A stretch of DNA of 64,000 nucleotides, taken from the NCBI RefSeq assembly GCF_009834535.1, contig NC_045696.1, forward strand, positions 110,300,001-110,364,000, given 5' to 3'. This stretch comes from Camelus ferus. Its lineage: Eukaryota. A model generated the notes under the pieces. It was not told the origin of the DNA. It was given only the letters and a program-made list of their open reading frames with translations, and did not search any database. Of the stretch, positions 25,181-38,120 are shown in pieces; within the stretch, counting starts at the first letter, position 1; every line of letters starts with the position of its first letter. The position numbers were made by a program, and so were the translations under genes.

Positions 25181-27109
25181 CCAAGAACTCTCTCCTCTTT
25201 TCATCAAAGCCTTTGTGATCTGTCGGCTTCTCCTTCTTCTTGGATGGCGCTTCCAGGTGCCCTGACAATGTTTGCATCTTACTCTCCCTTTAAAAATACT
25301 TCGTTCTTTTCACCCTATCTCTCTCTAAAAGAGGAAATAATTTCTGCTTAAAAATGTCCAGTCCCTTTGTATTTTTATTACCTTGAGATAAATGCTAGAT
25401 AACTGTGACTGGTATTTTGGGCGTTTCTAAACCTTCTAGACATACAGACAGTCTCTCATTTTACTCTCGTTCATGGCAATCCATCTGGTGTGGGTGTATG
25501 GCACTACATTGACTCTGGGACAATTTTGACCAACATAATAGCTGTTCATTAAATTTTGGTTTCTTCCTTTCCTTTAAAAAATTTTTTTTCCCACTCTTCT
25601 TACATATAAGGCTTAGCAAAACATTCAAGGACAGACTAGACCCTGTGATAAATCCTTCTTTGGTCTGGTGTTTAGTGTCTGTAGCCTGGGATCACACTCG
25701 GGCTGAGTGCTGCATCACGCCCTCTGGATGTATCTGAACCCAAACAAATAAATTGTAAAGATGGTCAGTCCTTATCATGACACAATAATCCTATAGACAA
25801 AATGAACCTGTATTAAAGCAGGCGGCAGTGGTTGCATTTCAAGAAACACAGTCAGTGATAATTTTAGACACTGTCAGTTTAATAAATACAGTTATTTTTT
25901 TCCTTCTCCATAAAATCTGCCGTAAAAACCCAAGTTAAGTTTGACATGTCGTTACTTAGTGAAGTCATTCTAAGAGCCCCCAGGCATGATTCACAGCCCA
26001 CAGCATTCATGGATCCCAGAGGGAATGAGGGAATTGGGAGGTTGTCTCTCAGTTACTTTCAGAAATCAAATTACAAGTTGTAGTGCATACATATACGTAT
26101 GCCCTGGAAGAGGAATGGAGAGCACTTGAAGCTGAATATCAAACCACCATCTCCTATGTCAATTCAGTCTTTTACGAGATAACATCAAAGAAGTGTTTCT
26201 AATGTTCGTATTTGTTTGCCACCACCCGTGAACGTCTATGCAGCACTCACTGCCTCCTGCATTCCTGTCTTGCCTTCCCAAGCCTCAAGTCCCACTGTCT
26301 TTGTTTCTGCAATTATGACAACCCCTCATGATAACCCCACTGCATCCAGGAGCAAACATTCTCTACATTGAAAATTGCCTCTCACGGGTTGGCAATCCAA
26401 AACATAAGCAACATAGAGCAGAAAACGGAAGGACAACATCGTGGTTCAGTAAGCAAAGGCTTGATTATTTAATCGAGTTTTGGGTCCATGTAACAAAAAC
26501 ACATGCATAGTTAATTTTTATTCACACACCATCTCATAAATACCCCATGAAAGTCTACAGAGTGCCTGTTTGAATGATAGGTTGGGAGTATGGGTTTGTG
26601 TGCACATATGGACACAAAACTTCGATTTTCTTGGGTATATTCAGTTCTGGGAATTTGCAGAGAACTGATGTGAAATGTTTTGACCTACTCCATCCCTGCT
26701 GCCTGGGCAGAGTTCTCAGGTTTCACTGTGTGTAATTTGAACCCCATTCAGTTGGCCCTACACGGTAGAAAAATAGAAAAAAAATTGATCTGACATTCGT
26801 GGCTCCCTTTTGCCACCTGCCTTTTCATGCGATCCAGTGTTGAAGCTGCCTCCCCAAATGCGTTCCCTACATTGATTTATTTTTCTTGTATTGGAGTTAT
26901 GATCTTTCTCTCTTTTCTTTTCTCAGTTGAACTGTGTGATATCTTCTTTTCACTCAATGTATTCACTCATGAGCATTTCAACGAATCAGGACAACAAATA
27001 AATCTGTAACACCTTAAGAAATTTCTGAGGTCGAAGCCATCAAAGCACCTGTGACAAACTTCCTCTGGGATAAGTTGTCCCCACCTGCCTCAGGTTGTAG
27101 CGCTTAGAT

Positions 27110-27173
27110 TGTGTGTGTGTGTGTGTGTATGTGTGTGTTTGTATGTGTGTGTCTGTGTATGTGTGTGTGTGTG
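27110..27173. repeat. Imperfect (TG)n microsatellite
   Basis: About 64 bp of TG repeats with TA, TT and TC interruptions. Confidence 0.95.
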
Positions 27174-27569
27174 TTCTGCCCATACAGCTCTCCCCTTATG
27201 CTATTTTGTTCTAGTTACATAGAAGGAAGTAATTTCAGAGGTAATAAAAGTAAAAGTAAATCCAATCGTCCCTGAATGAAATGAATAAATCTGAATGAAA
27301 GATAACACTAGTATTTCAGAAAACTCTAGGCCCTTAAATAGCCAGCATATTCAAAATACACCATGATCCCAAATGTTTAAAAATTGATTAATTCCTTATA
27401 AATGTCTTCTTCCCATTAATAGACACCCTCTTCTGAGGTCAGATCTCACCGGTTTGGTCATCTTCTTTTTCCTTAAGGCTCCCAAATCAATTTCCACATC
27501 ATGCTGAGGATTCCTGCATTCATCTGAAGTCATCTTTCTCTGTTCTATCAACTCCAATCTCTGTGAGAG

Positions 27570-27885
27570 AAATTTGAGGGGGATGATGGAACAGTTCTAT
27601 GTCTTTTTTTTAACATTTTTTATTGATTTATAATGATTTTACAATATTGTGTCAAATTCCAGTGTAGAGTACAATTTTTCAGTTATACATGAACATATTC
27701 TATGTCTTGATTGTGGTGGTGTTAATTACCCAATTCTATGTGTTTGTCAAAACTCATAGATCTGTGCATGCAAATGGATGGCTCTTACTTGTATATAAGT
27801 TATACCTCAACAAATCTAACTTAGAGAGGAAGAATGACTCTGATTCTGTTTATGTGAAATTCTAAATCAGACAAAACTAATCTAC
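27570..27885 (+). mobile_element. Old L1M 3' end fragments
   Basis: gggatgatggaacagttctatgtctt|gattgtggtggt...gtttgtcaaaactcataga...ttatacctcaacaaa. Confidence 0.75.
27606..27697 (-). mobile_element. 92-bp young camelid L1 3' tip
   Basis: Poly(T) plus antisense L1 terminus; perfect TSD ttctatgtctt at 27595-27605 and 27698-27708. Confidence 0.9.
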
Positions 27886-27943
27886 AGCAGGGTTCTCAAC
27901 CTCAGCACCAGTGCGTGTTGGACTGGCTCACTCTCTGCCCTGG

Positions 27944-29320
27944 GCAGGGCCAGCTCCACGGGCACGCAGCCTGTGCCAGGCAGAGGATGCAGCTCTGAAA
28001 AGGCCCAGCACTTGGCTTCAGGCTCTGCCATCATCACCTTGAATTTCTTAATAATTTGATCTTTGAACGTGTGCTTTGAAAGTGAAATCCTATGGGACAA
28101 TGAAACAGGTATATGAGCAGGGGAGATACGCCAGGTGTCTCTGTGTGTGTTCGTGAGCTCAGGTCCCAGCCTGCATGGCGAGCAGCAGGCAATAAGAGTG
28201 CAGACCGTTTGGCCTGGCTGCCCGGTGCCCACACCATGCCTGATGCAGTCTGGAGTGCTGTGACACCCCAAAGAGGAGGCCAGGGCCAAGAGACCTGGGC
28301 CCAGGATGTTGGCAGTGACAGGAGAAGTAGCAGAGGCAGCAGTGGTGGCGGGGAGCCCAGGAGGGGAGGGGTTTCACACGGGAGCAGCACCAGGATTTTC
28401 AGTGGGAAGACAGCTTGCCTGTCCATCTCCAGGGCCCATCCTCACATCATCCGCACAAATGTTAACTCTCCAGACTAAGCAGCATGACAGGAACTGCTGG
28501 CACTCAGGCAGTAAACTTTGTCAGTAAATTATTTTAAAATAAAAGTATACAAAAAAGACATTGCAATAAAGCGTATCAGGTAGTTGCTCAACTCTAAACA
28601 TTTTAGAATCTCTAGTTTTGAAGACTGCTATAACATTGGGAAACAAATATACACAGGCTTAGAATCAAATTTAAAACTGTTGCATTTGATGGGAAAGAAC
28701 GCTGTTTTTATATGAAATGTCAAATGAGTTCTTTATTAATAAGGAAAATAAAAATTAATTTTTCTTTGTAAGGGCAAATACAGCAATAGAAAAGCAAGCA
28801 TTTTGGATGATACACAAATCACAAAGTCAGTTTCTAAAAGCTACAGAAAAGGTCAGAGAAAACACTAAAACGCCATTGTATAAATTTACATTTAAAATTA
28901 AATTCAGACTTAGATGAAAGTGATCTGTATGAAGAGTTAAATCTTTTTAGAAAACTTGCTCCACAAGAATCATCAACAGAAAGAGCCTTTCCTTCATTTT
29001 CCTCAGAATTAAAAATTATCAAAAATTACTTGTAAACTTGCATTTGGTAAAAGTTACTGATGTCACTTTGAATTATATTGATTCAAAATGAAGTTGCTAA
29101 AAGTAAATTTTGATGACCTAATAAATGAATTTACAGAAAAGTGAGCCCCCCAACATTATATTCAACCAAGTTACCACAGTAGTAAAGCGTATCAGTGGTT
29201 GGTTTTACAACATCACAACCCCGACAGCATGTTTTTGTAATTTGATGTATCAAATACTGATGTATCACGATTATATCATCCCGATTGTATTTTGTAAGTC
29301 ACAAAGGTCATCTTTTCCCT
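27944..29320 (+). mobile_element. hAT-Tip100 DNA transposon fossil (MER45B/R-like), preceded by a MER20-like start at ~27886
   Basis: MER45 5' terminus cagggccagct...ccttgaatttcttaataattt; 29006-29144 reads ELKIIKNYL*...IQNEVAKS/NFDDLINEFTEK, a disrupted hAT C-terminal dimerisation domain. Confidence 0.8.
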
Positions 29321-30199
29321 AATGGTAACATGGGGACTGAGATCTCTTCCAGCTCTTAGACTGCATGGTTCACCCATCAGTAAATGCCCATCAGAGCCTT
29401 CAAAACTCAGCTCAAAATCAGCTTCCTCAACTGCTGTCTCTACCACTCTGTCAACCTGCGCCTTCCGTGAACATTTATCAAAACTGTGTGCACACAAATT
29501 GCAGCTAATGACTTTGCTTTTTATTCTGACAAGTGGGCTGCACAAGACTGAAGTGTTTTTTTGTTTTGTTTTATTTTTTAAATACCCTATTTGACACAGA
29601 CTCCTGAGAAGAACTACTTTTCATCTCAAGTATGCCTCCAGAGGAGAGAAATGCCTGTGATTGGAAACTGTGACTCTACTGGTGTAGACTTGGTGGGCAG
29701 CAAACTGGATTTATAAAAAGAGAGGGCGAGGGCCATAATCCACACGCGAGCCAGGGACACAGTCCCAACTCAGATGAAGCCCCCGTGCCGCTGAGGAAAG
29801 TCCACCTTAGAAACATAGCTGGCATGTCTACCTTCGGCGGGAAGGCAAGTCACAGCATCAGCAGGTCAACCACGATGGAGCTCTCCATGCACCACCGGGA
29901 AGTTTTAAATGGGTCTCAGATGGGTTTGACAATTTCTCTGGTTTAGTTTGGCTTTGCCTTCCTTAAAACTGAGGCCTCACCAGCAGCTAAAATGATGAAA
30001 ACCCTCATTATTCATCCAGCCAGATCCCCAACTTACGTGTAAGAAATCAGGAAACACGTTTGTCAGCATATAACACATAGGAGAGACCTAAAAGATGCAC
30101 ATTAACCCATCATTTCATCATTCGCCCCAAGACAGTGATGTGGCTGAAAAATTTCCAGTTGACATTGTTTTACTTTAATTTATGCAGAACAAAAATGGC

Positions 30200-30930
30200 A
30201 TTAGCTTTATTGTTTCATACACAGTGATATCTATTAACTCTAAAAAAAAAAAGCAGTCAAGTACCAAAAAATTTAGAGAAGAAAGTAAGTCATTAGAAAC
30301 ATTTTCCCTGAGAAATAATTACTGTGTTTTTCTAGGCATATATGTTTTTACAACTCTGGGAAAATAAGCTATTATATTTTAACTAGCTTATCCACTTAAT
30401 ATACCATGATCATCTCTCCATGCCAGTAATGATAGTTCTCTATCATTACTTTTAATGACTGCCTAACATTCCACTGTTCAAGTATATAATAATGGCTTAT
30501 CAATATCCAACACTAGACCTTTCATTTGTTTTCTATTTTTCACTAATAAAAACAATGCTTCAGTGAACATCTTTTCATGTATGTCTGTATGCTTTTATTC
30601 AATTAATTCATCAGAATACATTTTTAGAAGTGGTATCCTTAGGTCAAAACAGACACACATTTTTAATTCCCACACATTTTCCCAAATTGCTCTCCAAATG
30701 GTTGTGCCCTTTATAGTCCTACCAAGACATTTTCCCCAAATCCTCAGGAACACTGACATTCTCATTTTTTTAATCTTTGTCAGTGTGATAAAGGGGAATG
30801 GTATCTCATGATTGTTTTATTTTCTATCATCATTTATTTTGTTGTTAGTAAATTGAGCATGTGTTGATAATTTATTGAATATTTGTGAAATTTCTTTTGT
30901 CTTTTCACTTAGTTTACCTATAGTATTTAT
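30200..30930 (-). mobile_element. Ancient L1ME/L1MC 3' region
   Basis: Antisense L1: acaatgcttcagtgaacatctt...tttagaagtggtatccttaggtcaaa...ccaaattgctctccaaa. Confidence 0.75.
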
Positions 30931-31149
30931 TTAGTTTTTCACAAAAGGATAAGTTTTGTTAATGGGTCATTTCATGGGTCCCTGTGGTCATTCATTCTTC
31001 CCTGCAGAGTGATGGAACTGGTCCTTCTGAAGATCAATTCCTCACCTGCATTCCTCCCATCCCTTCCGACTGGTGCACTTCTGTACCCTTGCCCCAAAAA
31101 ACTCTGGAAGTGTAATTCCCATCACAACCATCTCTCTCTCTCTCTCTCT

Positions 31150-31736
31150 TTTTATTTTAGTTCAATTTTTTTGACTTTTCTTTTAATTGAAGTATAGTCA
31201 ATTCCAATGTGTCAATTTCTGGTGTACAGCATAATGTCCCAATCATGCATATATATACATATATTTGTTTTCATATTTTTCATTGAAGTTATTATAGGAT
31301 ACTGAATATAGTTCCCTGGGCTATACAGAAGAAATTTGTTTTTATCTATTTTTATATATAGTGGTTAACATTTTCAAATCTAAAACTCCCAATTTTATCC
31401 CTTCCTATCCCCTTTCCCCCAGTAACCATAAGGTTGTTTACTATGACTGTGAGTCTGTTTCTGTTTTGTAGATGAGTTCATTAGTGTCCTCTTTTTTCTT
31501 TTTCTTTTTTTTTAGATTCCACATACGAGTGATCTCATATGGTATTTTTCTATCTCTTTCTGGCTTACTTCACTTAGAATGACGATCTCCAGATCCATCC
31601 ATGTTGCTGCAAATGGCATTATTTTATTCTTTTTATTGCTAAGTAGTATTCCATTGTATAAATATACCTCAACTTTTTTATCCAGTCTTCTGTCAATGGA
31701 CATTTAGGTTGCTTCCATGTCTCAGCTATTGAATAT
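31150..31736 (-). mobile_element. Camelid-type L1 3' end
   Basis: Antisense 3'UTR; minus ORF 31512-31703 [24 protein letters not shown] catctctct...tttta on both sides. Confidence 0.93.
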
Positions 31737-32602
31737 CATCTCTCTTTTATACAATCATTACTGTTCCTTCACCAGCCTCCAAGTGAGATGTACAACAGTC
31801 ACTATGCACGTTCAAGTCCAGGGGACATAGTTCTTGCACTTCTAGTCTTTGCAGCTCCAACTTGTCTGAAAGGGAACGAGTAGGTATCTCCCTTTTTGCT
31901 CTAATGGGAAATGGAGGGGAATCATCCTAAAACTCTCTGCTCCTATAAATTAACTTCAAAGAAATTCTTTTTTAAAAAGATCTAGGCTTCTCTTTTATAG
32001 GTTGAACTTAGATGAGGGGCTTGGAGTCACAGGGTAGACTTTGCTGTCTCTCAGCAATCCCTGTGGCGATCTCCCTGGCCTTCTCTAGACCATGTAGGCA
32101 CATTGAGGCAATAGAAAGGGTCCCATGTGACGTGATATGCTTGTCTTCCCTTGAAGACTGGGTTTGTAGCCTCTTCAACTCCATATTCCCAATGTCTGGC
32201 TCAGAGTAGAATTGCAGTAGATTCCAGAGAATGATAACTAATTGCTGTGCACCACGATACACTTATGATAGAGCCGTAGCAATGTGCTCTGTTACAGAAG
32301 TAGGGAATGGCCAAGTCTACTTGAGGACATTAGGAAAGGCTCATGAATAAGAAATTTTCCCTAAAAATGTGTCCTGCATCATCAGTTAATTTCTAAGGAA
32401 AGACATAAATTTTCTCTATTTTTGACCATTCTATTGTTTCATAGAAGAACATAATGAATATAAATAAGAAAATATTTTTATCTACCATCATTTTAAAACA
32501 TCAAAATTTATAGTAATGCTCACATCAGGCTTTTTCTGAACTTAACGTTTGAAACAAGAATGGTTATAGCTTTAAGTAAACAATTAAAAGTCCATTTCCA
32601 AA

Positions 32603-33030
32603 AGTATTGTCTAGGGCCTTTCTTGATTGAAAGTAACAGAAACCCCTTGGATTTAATTTTAGCTGAAAAATGAGTTTATTATAAAGATGACAGTGGTCAT
32701 CATGGAACCAAAAGGCAAATCTGTAGCTGGATTTTAGGAACACACTGGAACCTGAGACTACCTAGAATGCTCTGGTGAAGCCCCAGTTCCCTCCCATACT
32801 CTTTCCCAGCTTGTGGTCCACATGGTTCAACAGCTACTCTTAATGGTCTCTAAGTTGACACATGACTAGTTTCTCCATCCTTAATCTCGGTTGCTCGCAG
32901 GCTTTGCTCTTCCTGTCTGATCAGGTGCCCCAGGTGCACCAGTTTAATAACCACAGCTGTGCGATTATGTAAACTATGGGGGAGGGCATTTCCCAGAGGC
33001 AGGGATGGGTGACTGGACTTCTAACCTAAG
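32603..33030 (-). mobile_element. Old MaLR LTR (MLT1K/L-like)
   Basis: ttgattgaaagtaacagaaaccc...tttagctgaaaaatgagtttatt. Confidence 0.55.
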
Positions 33031-35217
33031 AGACACCTCGGATAAGTATTTCAAAAGCTTAGTTCTTTAAGAAAACTTTCATCTCAAGATTTTGGCATCC
33101 AGCTTAGACACTGAGAAGAGACATTACTCACTCTAATACTCCGACATGATTTATAATCTGCTCGAAGATTGGGAGAAGCTCCCTGCACCTTTGCAGGGAA
33201 ACTTCATTGTTATAAATTCACTGTCACTTATGCCATTAGTTTCAGTCCACGGTGGCTGTGCCATTTCAAATCAGAAAAGAGAAACAACAACAACACCATC
33301 TCTAAGTATAAATGAATCTTAAAGTCAGATTTTAAATGCAGCCAAATTCAGAACACACTGGGCTTCTTTCCTGATTGTAACTCATTGCAGAGCTCAGCAG
33401 GGCTCTAATCAGAAATTACGTTTGACCCAGGAAAAGCTAAGCTATTTATTCATTTTCATTTGAGGGTATACTTTATAAACATGGGTCCATGTTCTCAATG
33501 ATCTAATCTCTTTTACATTAAATTAGGCGGTATGATTTTTAAACACGATTGAACTGGCTTCTCCTTTGTGTCACCATGTTAATTTCTGCGGGACAATTTC
33601 ATTTTCCTTCCACCACACTGTCTTTAACATTCTTCGTATTTTTGCCCAGCTTTCCTTCCTCCCCTGCTGCACAGATACTCACAGAGCACATAATTCTAGT
33701 CTGCATGAAGGAAATAATGGATCCCAGGGCCTTGTAAACATTGGGAGTGAGAGAGTTCAGAGGAGAGGGGAGTCCTGGGGGAAGAAATAAAGGACACCAC
33801 GGGTAGCCGAAGGCAAGCATAGTGTTCTCTCCATTCCCAACAGAATTCACTCCCATAATTAAAGTTTCTTTTTTTCATTCTCAAGCACACATGGCAAGTG
33901 CAGGGTAATGTTAGAAGGTATGAGCTGCTGGATGACTTTTACAGAAAGGTACAACCACAGGGGTACACATTTCTGACAATAACTTTATTTATACCTACGA
34001 TGTTGTAAATAATCTTTATGCTTAATGAAGTAGCTGTGTATTTGTTTATCTCCATTGGTGCCATCAACAAGACACTGTTTTAGACTGAGACACATTTAAC
34101 TGCTAAACTCACAAAATACAGAACACCTGTAATTTGCAAAATGTGGAACTGAGTACACAACACACCTTCTGGATTTTCATGCTTCTGAGCACTTGTCTGT
34201 ATCATTTTAGGCCTAAAAAAAATAGCCACGAAGCTGAACCCTAATCCTCTTAATCATTTGGTGAACGTATCTGTTTGAAAAATAGTAGTACAGCGAGCTA
34301 TTGTAACTAGATCTTCGCTTTTAAGTCAGAGGCCATTCCTCATTATGATGAATTTAAAGGAGTGGAGACAGGCAAGGAGGTTGTTTGGACACTGTCTGGC
34401 AACCTGATTTTTATAATTTTTGTCTCCCTCTGTTGTTCACTATTCCCAAATGAGCAGCCTCAAACTGACTGGGACACAAGCTGTGGCTCTTGGTCCCAAC
34501 ACATTTTCGGTTTTCAATTTTAGGTGAGATCAACTTGACCTATTTACATTTATGGGGCATCTGTCGCTCCAAAAATCCTGCATGAGAAAGAATGAATCAG
34601 ACTATGGGAGATAGGCCAAGACTGAATTAATTTGCACTTGCTTTCTTGGGGCCAAGATAACCAAATCTCTCCCTAGTGAGAGGGGTAACGACTTTCCCTG
34701 AAGAGATTGGTTGTTTCTCCTGGTAACAATCCTAGGTTAAAGGAAGGCTGGAAGGAGAAAATTTGACTCTCCTTGGAATGGGAAAGTGAGGGAATCCTTC
34801 CTCTCTGGGCTTGACCCAGACCCTTGGGGAATCTTAAAGCAGTTACAGTGGAGGTGGTGAGGCCTGAGCTGGAGACTTCTGCTCTGCCTGTGGCAGCCCA
34901 GCAACTCTGCCAGCACCAAAACCCACAGCACAGAGGGGACACCATGGGAAACACAAAATAATTTGATGGTGAACAACTTTCTGGCAAGTGGGCCAGTGGG
35001 TGCATATGTGAAGCTGAAGCTATTTGGGGTATATTCAAATATATGTAATTATTTCCTATCATATACTAGAAATCTTGGAAGTTATGTCAAAAATTATACT
35101 GGATTTATATATGTATGCAGACTAGAGGAGAGCATTAAGAGTGAAAAATTTATGCAAGGAAATCTTTCAAATATTTTTATCCAATAGCTGTGATGTGCCC
35201 TAATTACAATTATGATT

Positions 35218-35770
35218 GTCCATTGATAAGTGAGTAGATAAAGAAGCTGTTGTTTATATAATGGAATACTACTCAGTCATAAAAAAGAATGAAATAAGTC
35301 CATTTGTAGCAACAAGGATGAATCTGGAGATTGTCATTCTAAGTGAAGTAAGCCAGAAAGAGAAAGAAAAATACCATATGATATCACTTATATGTGGAAT
35401 CTGAAAAAAGAGACACAAATGAACTTATTTACAAAACAGAAACAGACTTGCAGACATAGTAAATAATCTTACGGTTCCTGGAGGGATATGGGGGTGGGAA
35501 GGGGATAAATTGGGAATTTGAGATGTGCAAATACTAACTGCTATTTATAAAATAGATAAAAAACAAATTTCTTCTGTATAGCACAGGGAACTATATTCAG
35601 TATTTTGTAATAACCTGTAATGAAAAAGAAAATGAAAAAAAAGTATGTTTCTGCATGACTGAAACATTACACTGTACACCAGAAGTTGACACATTGGAAC
35701 TGACTATACTTCAATAAAGAAAAGTAAATGAATAAATAAAAAGCATAAAAATAAAAAAAAAATTTAAAGA
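35218..35770 (+). mobile_element. Camelid-type L1 3' end, followed by an old L1ME tail (~35783-35990)
   Basis: 3'UTR plus poly(A); TSD acaattatgatt at 35206-35217 and 35771-35782. Confidence 0.93.
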
Positions 35771-36269
35771 ACAATTATGATTTCAAAGGATATTTGGTGG
35801 CCTGGAAGAATATGTGAGAGAAAAAGCAGGCTACAATTTTGTGTATAGAGTGTGATCCCAATTTCTAAATGAATATTATATATTCATAGGAAAAAAGCAC
35901 TGGCAAGAAACACAGTAAGCTGTTAGTACTGGTTCTTGCTCCATTGTGCAACTAAGATAATTTTCATTTTTCCTTCATGTTTTTACCTTCAAAGGAATCA
36001 CCCCAGCTAGGCTGAGTCAGATCACACTGTTATTTCATAGAATCTGTCTTATATTTCTTCTTTTGTAATTATCTCCAGAATCTAAATTTAATTATTAAAC
36101 ATCAATTACTGTGTAAGGACATAGAGATTCAAAAAACTAAGGACTTAAAGACAAAGAAAGGTAGGATTCTTTTCTGTGTGGAGAAATCTAGTGTAACAGC
36201 TATTGCTTTTGTCCTTTTTCTGCCCCACACCTCTTCCTCTGTCCCCCGCATTCCCTTTCTGACCAACAG

Positions 36270-36720
36270 GGTGTGGCAACCATAAGGTGTAGAGTTCAGA
36301 CCTTCTAAAAAGCCTCATGAGGAGGTGGGGGCATGGCTGACTGAAAGCTCCAACTGTTCCACCTTGAGACCCACCCTGGTGTTCATACCAAGGCCATGCT
36401 TCCCCCAGGCTGCTCCCAGCCAATGACTGAGTATGATGGGGGTCTAGAGCTGGGGCATTTCCTCCTGATGGAGTACTTTTCCAATGGGCAATCTTTTCTT
36501 GGGAACCTTGTATTAGCTTGATGAAGAATTACTTAGAATTGGGCTGTGGCTCAAGGCTCTTCCTACTCAGTCTTTCCTTCCCTTTCTTCTTTCATAGGTA
36601 TCAGGCCTGCGTTACAGTCTCAAGTCTCCAGTAAAAGTTTGTTTTTTACTGGCACTTCCCTCAATAAATCTCTTGGAAGTCTAATCTTGGCACCTGCTTC
36701 TAGCAGGAGTAACTGATTCC
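36270..36720 (+). mobile_element. ERVL solo LTR (LTR16A)
   Basis: aggccatgcttcccccaggctgctcccagccaatgactgag...aggctcttcctactc...caataaatctcttg. Confidence 0.85.
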
Positions 36721-36724
36721 CAGG

Positions 36725-37155
36725 GGTAGGAGCAGGACCAGGGGGGGCCAATTATCATCATTCCCATCTATGGCTGTGATTGGTGGAAGGGGTGAACCTA
36801 TGGCCCCCAGAGGACCAATCAGAACGCCTTCCCGGGGACCAGTCCATCTCAAACAGGTGGGAGCAGAGGATTCCCGGGTAGCAAGGCAATAGACTCACAC
36901 TTGCCGGAGGCCATGGTTCCTGACTGAGAAATTGTGTCTGGAGTTGCAAAGAAAGAATGAGGTCAATGTTACAGAGAAACAGGAGGGAGAGAGGTTTGGA
37001 AGTGGAGTGGTAGGGCCTGAGGAGACCCAGATTCTGAAATCCAGACACCAGCATTGCCATCAAATTTGATCACATGAGTCAGCAAGTTTCCTGTTCAAAT
37101 TGGTTTTGATCCTTTATTGGGTTTTCATCCTTTGTAACCTGAGTCTTAATTATGT
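36725..37155 (+). mobile_element. Old MaLR LTR (MLT1K/L-like)
   Basis: gtgattgg...gaccaatcagaacg...cacatgagtcagcaagtttcct...gggttttcatcctttgtaacctgag. Confidence 0.55.
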
Positions 37156-37217
37156 TAACATCTTTCCATGGATTCCACTGATTTTAGGATAAAGCCCAGA
37201 CTCCTTAGGTTATAACA

Positions 37218-37820
37218 TTTTATTTTGAAAAATTTCCAAACCTACTGAAAATTCATGAGAATAGTAAAATAAATGCCCATACACCCTGCACCTAAATTCA
37301 TCCATTGTTAACATTCTACTGCATTGATCTTATCTCTCTTTCTTTTTCTTTATATGTATAGTTTTTGATGAGTCATTTGAGAATTGAATTAGACATCCTA
37401 ATATTTCACCCCTAAATATCATTAAAGGCATTTTCCTATGTAGCCATAATACAATGATCACATGCAGAAAATTTAGCCTTGATACAATGTTATTCTCTAA
37501 CATATAGTCTGTCTTCAAATTTTCCTAATTATCCAAATGATGTCCTTTATACTTATTGTTGGTGGTGATCTTTTTCATTAGGATCCAGTCAAGGATTATG
37601 TAATGCTTTTAGCTGTCCTGTCTCTTTAATCTCCTTTAATTTAGAGCAACTCCTTAGCCTTTTTCTGTCTTTCAATATCTTGACATTTTTTTTAAGAGTT
37701 CAGGCAGGTTGTTTGGCAGAATGTATCTTAAATTGGATTTTTCTGGTTGCCTCCTCATGATTAGATTCAGGCTAAACATTTTCAGGAGTAAACAGAGGTG
37801 GTACGATGCCCTCAGCATAT
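37218..37820 (-). mobile_element. L1MC4/L1MC5-type 3' region
   Basis: ccattgttaacatt...ttcacccctaaata...cctcatgattagattcaggctaaacatttt. Confidence 0.82.
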
Positions 37821-38120
37821 TTGCAGGGCTGTTTACAGGCTGGCCCTGCCTACCTCTCTGGCCTCATCACTTTCTGCTCTTCCTGTGATCATTCAAGTTC
37901 CAGCCAAACACACTTTTGTTCCTCCAGGCTGCCTCTCTTTTCCAGCTTTCACACTCACTACTGCCTCTCCCTGACACCCTTTCCCTGCCCTGCCCTTCAT
38001 TCACTGGGTCACTGACACATGTATTTCTGGTCTCACTGTAAATACCCATGAGGCCCTTCTTGCCCCCTCGGAGTGGGTCAGCTTCCACACGTGCTTGTGT
38101 AATTATCTTTCCTTGTAGAC

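Noticed and set aside
27882..28527. Overlapping ORFs of 72-135 aa on both strands
   Set aside because: They lie in the GC-rich part of a MER45-family fossil where stops are rare; no recognisable domain
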